Below, one piece after another: positions 54,218 through 64,000 of a stretch of 64,000 bases of DNA. The stretch lies in NCBI GenBank assembly GCA_051362555.1, contig CM120641.1, positions 43,654,401-43,718,400 of the forward strand, written 5' to 3'. The DNA is from Lingula anatina. Lineage: Eukaryota > Animalia > Brachiopoda. The position numbers and the translations under genes are program-made. The notes below the pieces were generated by a model. The model did not search any database and was not told the DNA's origin. It saw only the letters and a list, made by a program, of their open reading frames with translations. How positions within the stretch are numbered: the stretch's first letter is position 1; every line of letters starts with the position of its first letter.

Positions 54218-57200
54218 ACTGGAACTTCACTGCTTCAAAGTAATTGCCATAACAAGGGTTATAACGTTTTGCACTGTAAGCACCGATGGCATTCCCTATA
54301 AATGTACAAAACACGGTGTTGAAGAACAAGCCTACCAGTTTTGCCCGTATTTTTCACATAACCACACGCTGCAATAGCTTTCTTTTTGATAAATTCTACG
54401 GGAATATGAATCGATACCAAGAAATACCTGGCGAAAATATTCCCTGATTGTATTGACCAACTTGACTTCAAAACATTGTGGGGTGTTTAATTAAGTGACG
54501 TAACAACGTCAGATGCAATGGATTTTACAATTCATAACTGCATTAAAGCGCCCATTAAATTAACACATGACAATTAGTGTTGTAATATGATAATTTACTC
54601 GGCATTAGGTGTGACACAAGCTGAATCTAGTCCCATAATGTAAGTGCTCCATGAAGTCAAATATTGCTCTTAATTCCAAGACCAAATTTTGGTCTATTTT
54701 TTAAATTAAAAATTAGGTTTTTGGGTCTATGAAAAAAAAAACACAACACGGAGTGTCTCATCGATAGTTTCCAGATTTTTGAGGGCTAGACAGATTGATT
54801 CTAAATCGAAGTCGACTGTATTTTTTTTTATTTCATTTGTACTGTAAAAACAGCTTTTAATTTTAGTTCTTTTATAAACTGGACTTGGACAGCCCACATT
54901 TCTTTACTCTTCTTCAAAAACATGGTACCTTTCGTAGTATTATAGCTGGCAATATTGTTCTTGGCCAGTGTGTTGTCCTGCATTTACTTTCCTCGTTTAA
55001 AAAAATATGGACCCAGATAGAAAGACCAATTTTGATACCCACTGATAAAAATGTGTACTCCACATGAAGTTTACACGCACTAATTGTAGAATATGACTGC
55101 TATAGAATTTTGATTTTGTACCACCACTTACATGTACAAAGTATTATTGCGGATTATATTTCAATCTTTTGTGCAGTGATAAAAAATGCAAACTGCATCG
55201 ATCTTTTTTACTTCAAGTCCGTGTAAAAGTTACTTGTTTGTGCAAACTGCATCTAGCAATCATAGATGTCTTTGTCATTAACATTTGCCTATTGACGTGC
55301 TTTGTTGGTAGTCTATTCTTATCCTTAATTAATTGATTTATCACCATTGGTCCGTCTACTGATGGAGGCTCGTCGTTCTGTTTATATGGCAACTACAAAT
55401 TAATGTCAGAGATAAAAACGACGGTTAATGATGTTGATTGTTCAGATTGTTGTTCTAATTGGTGTTTCTTAAATTAGTGACCACGCTGAGGAAATTAATT
55501 GTATAAAATAATAATAACTTGTCTGGATCTTCGACCCTGTTTCCTATAGAGCCTAGTGAGTTAGGATACGAAGTTGCAGACTTATTTTCAAACAACACAA
55601 CTGTATTGACGCGTAGAACCATGCAATAGCGCACTTGTTGATTTTCACAAAATCGTTTTAATTTGAGCACAGGGACGCAAATACGAAGACTAAAATTCCT
55701 AATATCTGTCTGTAATTCGTTTGTGATTTCGAAAATCAGTGCTAACGTCTTGACATCTAGAAACAGTTAGCTTAAAATTAGCAGAAAATGACTTTTTACA
55801 TGGTATTCAGTAGGGCACAAAGATGGGGAAAAGATGGGGTTGTTTCTCCATGTGCTACTGCTGAGGGAAAAGGAAAGCGGTGGGTACACTGTTCCTCTGA
55901 ATCTAAGGAAAGCTGTGCCTACACTTGGATCCACCATTTAAACATTTAAGCCTCTTTGCATTGTACACATTGTACATTGTACACCCTTTTTACAGCGCGT
56001 ATGATGAACAAATTTACATAGCGAACAGTAAACTTGGCATTTTATACATTCTCCCCTACCATCTCTCTGAAAGGTCTTGCAGCGTACACGGTGGCGTGGG
56101 AAGGTTAATCTTTAAGGCGCTATGTCTTGGGTATATAAAAAATGTAACTGACATTTTCAGTGATGTACTAATACATCACGGACTCTTAAAGAGATAACCT
56201 CATCTCAAGACTTGCCAGGTACCAATTACATGTATATATACTCCCCTACCCAAAAGGGGTCACCCCTAACGCGATGCGTAAAGTGATTCAAAAAATCATG
56301 TTCTTTATTATTCAACTTCTAAAAAGAATTTTTTGTACAACCAATGAATAAAATAACAATGGTAAAAAAATCAAAGCCACATTTCAGTATTTTGTGCAAC
56401 ATCTTCTGTATTGGAGGACGCACCTGTCGCGTCTGTGAGAAGAGTCCAAATATTTTACGTTTGTGAAGTGATGGTGTTCCACATACGGAAAGATAGTATG
56501 AGATTTTTTTATGCAGATTTATCCTTCAGTTATCTTACACATTCTTTATGAGATTCTGATCTAGGGATCGGGCTGGCCATTGGAGGGGGGGGGGGGGGGG
56601 GGGTGCGGCTGCTGGATCTGGTTCGCATATAACCAGCCTATATATGATGTTCACTGTGTAGGCATATTATCTTGTACATACTGTTGGTTTTATTATTTAT
56701 ACATATACATTGCAGTATACAGCACATGTTCTAGTACAGTGTACGTGTATATGTAACAGTATGTGTACATACTGGTATACTGTCTACCATATGTATGTGA
56801 AATTTTGAACATAATATTTGTCTTGAATACTGAATACGACAGCGGTGAGTGGTCAGTTCCGAAGGTACATTTCATACTAAGCGTTAACTTGATCTAGTAG
56901 ATTACGTCAGTCTTAAAAGACAAATGCAGGCATTATTATGGAAGAGGACATTTATGGCTTTAGTCTTTAGAATAATTTGTTATCTGTTGTACTCGACACA
57001 CCGGTAGGATTATTACATAAGACCGAATGCGCATTTAAGTTGTATGTGTTACTTGGAAGTCCGATTATATGAGACAACACACTTGACACATGGACGGCAA
57101 CTTTTAAAAACCACACTTAAAATAACACGTTTAGAGTACGTTAAGAGACAAACCAGAAAATAAAAATCCCAGAGGAGTAAATAGGAGACGTGTGTCTTCC

Positions 57201-57631
57201 TTTGCTGTCTTTATTATTATTCACTGTAAATTTTCTCATCACAGAATTGATATCTTAAAATAACGTGAAATTCCCATTACCGTGGCAAAAATAATCCACA
57301 GACAGGAAATGGTATTCTTATGTGCGATAACTTAATTTCCCATATGTAATAATCCGTTTTCTTGATTACTTCAGGTGTATATTCCCAGTACGCTCGCAAA
57401 CACGAAAACTACATTAAGGGAGTATGGACAGAAGACCAGGTGTTACGTCACTTCCTGGATGCGTTTGATTCCCCGGATGAGCCAGACGGCATAGTAACCA
57501 GAGAAGAGTTCCTGAATTTTTACGCAGGGGTTTCGTCAACCATCGAGGATACATGTTATTTCGACTTCATGATGAGACAGACCTGGGGCCTGCCGATGCG
57601 GCGAAAATCAAGAGCAGGGAATACAACATAA
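53217..57631 (+). CDS. CAPSL: Calcyphosin-like EF-hand calcium-binding protein, about 205 aa
   Basis: Exons 53217-53577 and 57375-57631 (phase 1, GT-AG, 618 nt). Family motifs: VRDQCLQKGVGGIKAL, FRHMDVDYSK, LDKDQSGQVDFAEF..ALRPPM, FDMLDTSRDGKLEVSDLKGVY, WTEDQVLRHFLDAFDSP..DGIVTREEFLNFYAGVS..YF..MMRQTW. An acceptor at 53203 suggests an upstream exon; exact orthology is not established. Confidence 0.88.
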
Positions 57632-59177
57632 ATCATTCGTGTTAGATTCTCGAGCGAAAATTTAAAAAGATCCAAATCAGATCTAGAAGCGTTTTAACTA
57701 TGAGCACAGGTTTTAAACATGTGCGTTTATATGCACATGTCATTTTATTCTTTAAGCCTTCCCTTCTTATCCACCATTAAATTGTTTATATTGCAAAACT
57801 TGGTTGGAAGTATGGGTACGTGAAAGAAAACGGGGGTACATTACGGTCGTTGCAGATTATCCTGCTAATGTGACAAATGCCCATAATTCTGTTGGTGATA
57901 AAGTTTATTTGATGCTGCTATAAATAACAATACGTCATGGCCCTCTTGTATTTAAGCAGCCTTAATGTCGTTTGGATTACTGTGAGCCCGATGATGTGAG
58001 CACTGTCTAAATTATTCAATTGTGCGCACGGTTCATTTTACTACTCGACAATTCTGAAACTCATTGTGATGAACCATTGGGTACGTTTTTATCTTTTCCA
58101 ATTATCTGCAAGACAATGTCATATTAGTGTAGCACAAAATTATTTATATTCTCCTTTTCAGTCATTTTTATTGCAAAATAAGGCATCAGAGGAGCAATTT
58201 GTCACATATGCATGCTTGAATAAAACTATTGTGATGATAGCGTTTCGGTCTGTCATGTTTTAAAAGGAAAAAAAGAATATAATAACACTGTTGGGGATTC
58301 TAACAGCCCTCCATTAACCATGCACCGTAGAATTATTATAAGAGCAACTTTATTATCTATTTATGTCTTAATCTGAAAGTAAAAGTGCTACCCAAAATCA
58401 CATTTCACATTTTATTTAATAAACAACCAAAATTGTTTGGATTAAGGTTATTATTATTTCAAATTTTTATCTGAAAAAATTGGACAATTTTCAAAAGTGC
58501 AAACATAGCAGGCTCAAAGGCTTACACATGAATGAAGGAAGTTTTGGGTGTTAAGAAAAAGTTGTTAGCACCCACCCACATGTATTTTAATCCAGAAAAG
58601 GAATCTCCTTATTAAAAGCACTGTAATAACACTAAGCTTCACCTTTCGTTACGTGGGCAATGGTGGGTAACAAGTGCCTAACAGTGTGTAACCTGGGTAT
58701 TTTGAGAAAATTCATCATGGCCGCTCTACCTGCATTAAAACATACATGTACAATAACGGCTTTTACTTTTACTAATAACGGCGAGTCGCAATGTCCAATA
58801 TCAAATGAAGTAATTTTCAAGGTTTTCCACATCCATGTTATTCCCATTATATATATATATCTGCTGGGTAAAAAGCGAGTTTCCATGTGCTTTTGGACAA
58901 ATTCCAAGATGGCCGCTATTTTCCATATGGTAACATTGGAATAAACTACTTCCAGGGATTTACATTCCCCCTAATCAAATTACTTAAGAGGTATCTAAGG
59001 CTCCAGATTGAGTTAGTAAGTAATATTACAGGACGTCTGTCATATAAACTCATTTTCTCCTCATTGCTGTTAAACACTGTGCCTCGGTGCAAGGTCTAAA
59101 TTATATTAATTAAATATCCCAGGTTGAGTCGTAAAAAAGCATATAAAGCTACCGTATTTAATATGACATATTATTTA

Positions 59178-59179
<2 letters not shown>

Positions 59180-59241
<62 letters not shown>
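59180..59241. repeat. (TA)n microsatellite immediately 3' of the MAM gene stop
   Basis: About 30 uninterrupted TA units. Confidence 0.95.
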
Positions 59242-59244
<3 letters not shown>

Positions 59245-59254
59245 TTGAAAAATC

Positions 59255-62200
59255 TTATCCAATCATTATCGCACATTGACCCTGCACTAGAGTGACGTCA
59301 TCCACAGCAACCACGCCCTTTCCTGCCTTGCCGACTTCCACTGACAAACTTATCTGTAATATATGAAAGATATACATGTAAAAAAAGCATAATGAGCCCT
59401 TTTTCATCATTAAAAATAATTATCTTCAAATTATGTTAATTATCTACGCCCACACAGGTTGTATAGTTTAGAAAAAGAAGAAACAAATTTATCAAATGCA
59501 TCATAAATAATGAAATATGGTAATGTGTAGAAAATCGTCTTAAAACGTATCCTTACTTCCTTTAAAACACTGGCTTTATTACATAAACAATGACAAAGAA
59601 GAAAGCCTACATAAGCCACTGACAGAATAACACAATACGATATCTGTCTGCTAGAACTGACGGTCTTCAATTCGATTACGGTTTATCTATTCAGCTACCT
59701 CCTTGTCACGAAAATAATCGATATACTGCACCAGTGGGTGTATGTTACACGGGCAATCATTAACAGTATCGGCTCTTTTCACTTCGGTGATTATAAACAG
59801 TTTCATTATATCGACAGTACCCATATCAGAGTATTGATGTGTCAAAGTAAAAATTGAAGTCTAGTATTTAAATATCGCACTCGAGTGTGGTTTACAGTGA
59901 CAATATGCCGCCATATTTTTTGGTCTTGATTCAGACTATAACCTTTCATTCTCACCTCCCACGGGAGGATATGGGCTAACATACAAGCATTATCTTTCAC
60001 TGCCAGACCAGGCACTTTACCCCTCGCTTCAACTTATAAGTGCAAAGTACCAAGCGCGGGAAGACAGCAGATACCGCATGTCCCCGGACGGGGTCGGACG
60101 CACGTCCCGCCGCAGTGCATCGCATATGCAATGTAATTGATTTGACTTTTATAATAAGACCTTTGAATAGTAAAACTGTTTCTGTAGCGCTCGTAAGCGA
60201 AACGTATTTTAATATTTCCCTCTTGTAGCGACAATGCGCAATCTATTGATCTTCCACATTTCTTTTTTCATTTCCTTTTTCGTCTTCATTCCATTCTATT
60301 AATCAATTTTTTAACTATTTGCGTTTCATTATCAACAGCACTCGTTACATTGAGAGACCGCCGTTCATTGCCCATGATCAATGCCAGCATAGCGACAATT
60401 TGGCTTACCTTAAAGGGTTCCTTGCTCGTCAACTGAACCCCTGCCTCTCGCCAGTTGGTCGATGATGTTCCCTTGGTCTTCCACAGCGTGGTCTCCGGAC
60501 TGGTATTAGTATTCACCAGCACACTCAGGGCACCAACATTTGCGCCGTCCGTATAGTACCAGAAATGAAAGCAGAAATCGGTCTGGTTCACAGGCAGCAT
60601 TGGGGAGGATATTCTTGCCAATGTGCTCGGTTTCATCCTGTGTGTGTTAACGCAAGCATAATACCCTGTAAAAAGACATGAATTTGGTGACGATTATCGC
60701 CACGTCTATTATAAAATAACCGATAAGAACTTTAAATATGAAATAAAACAATACTTCATATGCAATCAACATTGACTTATTAAAAACAATATAAGTGACG
60801 GCATTCCTTATTCAGAAAGAATGTTGTTATTTAAACGTAAGTAAAAAAATATAAGCAGATGAGACTCGCTATGATTGCTGTCTAACTGTCTTTTCACTTA
60901 TTGTTAAGAACTTTACGTGGAAAAACATAAATGCAAGCAACGTTTTAGTCTTCAATTATACCATTCCTGCGACTTAAAACGACACTAAACAACGAAGAAC
61001 ATTCCATAATTCTCCTACCTTTCCCCGTAGTCTTGTCAATCATTGGACCGCCATATTTAATTCCTGTCAACGCGCCGCGCGTCCTGCTCCAATCCACAGT
61101 ATTTTGGGAAGCCTGAACCCAGCTACAGAAGTCAGTCTCGAAATCGCAGTCCACTTTGGTCTGAGTGGCCTTTGCTATGTTCGTAAAAAAGTGTCTGCTA
61201 TACTCTTAGTGTTATTCTACCGTATTACAAGCAATTTTTATCGTATGTGCTGATAGAAGAGTTCAAAAGAAGATCATTTCCCTACAAAACCAACACAGAT
61301 ACCAACGCTGTGATAATGGTTTTGTAAGAGGGCAAATTTGTTTTCAACCTTCTGAAAAAAGAACCAATTGCTTTTAGACAGTCTGGAAAGTGCATATGCA
61401 TTACCTTGATTCGTGGAGTCTGAACACTCTCTGTCGGAGAGGGTGACGTCATCAACTGCAATATCTCCTCGGTAACTATCGCCGCGGACTCCTTCAAACA
61501 CCAACTATCAAAGGATAATAGTACATGTAGTTGTAGATATATCATTTCTTTATTCGTCATAATTTACAAAATTCATCAACTAACAAGAGAGAACAAAATC
61601 AGCTCCTCTCCATTATACACGTACGGAAGGGGTATTCGATAAAATAAAATACGTACAATTACTTCAAATGTCATGTCAGGTATTTCCACAGAACAAGATT
61701 GAAATTTAATTTTGGTTTCCTGATTAACTTTATAAGCTGTTGCCAGAAATACCAGAAGTACTCAAAGGTATGTGAAGCTTTCTCTTTGAACAGAATGTAT
61801 AAAATAAGGAGGAATAACACGACGTCACACAGTAGATAGCACCTACATGTGCGACTATACGTGACACATGTAGACAATTAAGTAATCAGTTATTTAATAT
61901 AGAATATATCTCCGCAAACTAATAAGGCATTTATTTCAAATGATTGTGAGGTATAAAATATGCCAATCCATTCAGTCAAATGTATCATATGCGGTTTATA
62001 TTTTGAAATTAATTTTCAGTGGACTCTTAATATAAATTCTCTAAACGTAATTTACCTGAAACACTTTAGCGGGCGTGAGTTGTAAGTTAGCCTTCTTCCA
62101 ACCTTGACCTTGGTCACCTTTCTTTGACCAGACGATTCTCGGTTTCCCGCCGAATTCTTGTAAAATCAGGTTCAAGGAGCCCATGCCATCTCCATACATG

Positions 62201-63931
62201 TTGTAGTAAAAGCTGAAACACTTTTTGCTGGTTCCCTGCAAAAAAGTTTTGCTTTCTGAAAGTCGTGTTTTATTCCTTTTCTCCGTTAATATGAACATTT
62301 GATACATGTTTATTAGCAGAACAATAAGTTAGTATTCTAAGATGGTAGAGGCTTATAGAGGTTTAAGATATACAAATCAAAGACGAAAGCAACGTGCATA
62401 AAATCCCAAGGATGACAAACGCAGGATATGTGACGAACACCTTTAATGAATTGCACTGAGGTTATAATTGAACGATCCCCCTGACAATCACGTCATTGTA
62501 ATTATCCAAGCTGTAATTAAGGTTCCAGATTAGGTAAGGTGGTATTATTGGAAAAAACTAAAAAACTCACTTCAAAGTACGGCGAGGCAACCTGGGCAGT
62601 GTCTCCACGGACACGAGGACTGGAGGTTTCGATATAGATGTATTGGCCTATGAATATTATATGAAACAGGAGTCAGTTTTGGCAAATATTTGTGACCAGA
62701 AGTTGGTCTTAATTAATTCTAACACCAGAAATTATTATCTATTTTCATCAGTGGTGTTCCAGTAGAATTAAATATTTCACATATTCTTAATTTAGATACA
62801 AAAAAAGCTTATGCCCGAGATCTATACGATTTGGCACTCAACGAGCTAAAGGTTTTTTTTTTTTTTTCATAGGTACATTTGGATGAAAAAACAATTTACA
62901 GTGGGATACGTCTTGTTCAATTCTTTACAATATGACTTGCTTCAGCAACCTGTCGAATTCACCTGAAAATACTAAATTTTAGTACAGCAATATAATTAAA
63001 ACATGGATTATAATATATTCTGCGTCTTACCTTTCTTGCAATCTCTCCTGTCACACTGTGGACCTGTTGCTGAAGACCCCGTAGTTCCCCGGATCAGCGT
63101 CCAGTCAAATGTGTCGTCTGCTGCTTGGGTCCAGCCACACATGTCCTTATTGAAGTCACAAGTGTGGATCGTTTGTAGTATTATACCTTAGTAGGTAGGT
63201 AGGAAAATTATAAAGATGTGGAATCTAGGATTTGGGTTTAGGCAGACAGTTCTGTCCACATAAGTCATGAGAATTTGGGTTTTTTCTTTTTTTTTAATTT
63301 TTAAATCTGTTTTTTTCAGCAAATGTCAGTTGAGAAGAAGCTGAATTATAATACATGTGATTTGATTTGTGAGCCATAAAAACAACGACTGTTCGAATTA
63401 TTGTATGAAAATATTTCAGTTACATGCAGGAGTGCGGTATGAGCATAGGGCAATTATTGGTATAACCTACCAGCGTTCCATTTGCCTTTGTTTCCAGTCA
63501 ATGTTTTCGGGAAGAACAGCTGCTTTAGAACATCGGTTTCACTTTCGATATTGATACAGCTGGTCAATAACACATCGTCTAAGGCGATATCACTTTTAAA
63601 GCTCATACCCCGAACAGCTTCGAGGACAATCTGCAAACAAGAGAAACAGTTGAGTCCGTATGGCAAATCATATCAAACTGACCCCCCCTCCCTTCGATTT
63701 CTGAAATTAGAATTTTGAAAAGCTGAATCAAAGTTCTAAACCGTACCAAATGGCACCGTCCGCCCTCTTAAAAATACCTTGAACGTTTCCCGTGGTTTTA
63801 AGCGTATAATAGTCGTTTTCCAGCCTGGACCCTGGTCTCCAGTTATGGTCTGTAGTGTTTCGTTGCTGGCGCCCTCTATCATGTACGTGATCACTTCCCC
63901 AGCCTCGCTTCCGTACATGGAATACGCAAAC
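59255..63931 (-). CDS. Tandem MAM-domain protein (MALRD1/MAMDC-like), 3' part; the gene continues beyond the window
   Basis: Exons 63931-63778, 63630-63471, 63186-63031, 62647-62571, 62235-62056, 61504-61405, 61174-61019, 60665-60409, 59353-59255 (stop), with consistent phases. MAM motifs CDFNKDMCGWTQ..DDTFDW, GQYIYIETSSPR, CFSFYYNMYG, GDQGQGW, GDIAVDDV, CDFETDFCSWVQ indicate one partial and two complete MAM domains. Confidence 0.9.
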
Positions 63932-64000
63932 CTGGAAAAACACGAGCGATGTCAATAAACCCTCCCAAAGTGTATAAAGATGATATTATTAATTGTTATA

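Noticed and set aside
1-64000. CRISPR arrays, operons, rRNA or prokaryotic defence systems
   Set aside because: The sequence is spliceosomal-intron eukaryotic DNA; no repeat-spacer array or rRNA-like segment was seen.

Overview
AT-rich, intron-containing animal genomic DNA; the gene and repeat content looks like a marine invertebrate, but the taxon cannot be determined from the window. Most ORF-track entries are spurious, so genes were rebuilt by hand from GT-AG splice sites and exon phases. Bases 1-15 kb are gene-poor with transposon relics. They are followed by two tandem sigma-class glutathione S-transferases (+, 16277-19512 and 21873-24536), both with an ARE-TATA promoter. On the minus strand lie a complete 17-exon secreted SP-CUBx4-LDLa-trypsin protease (48677-37856, about 851 aa) and a roughly 6-kb duplicate of its 3' half. 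That duplicate appears spliced in frame to five unrelated signal peptide/vWA/EGF-like (SVEP1-like) exons, giving an apparently intact chimeric 12-exon gene, SP-vWA-EGF-CUB-trypsin (33622-26579, about 674 aa); this is the main finding. The window ends with a two-exon calcyphosin-like EF-hand gene (+) and the 3' end of a tandem MAM-domain gene (-). Several MITEs (two with empty sites in the paralogous block), an RTE-like LINE relic, a tRNA-like element and microsatellites are also present.
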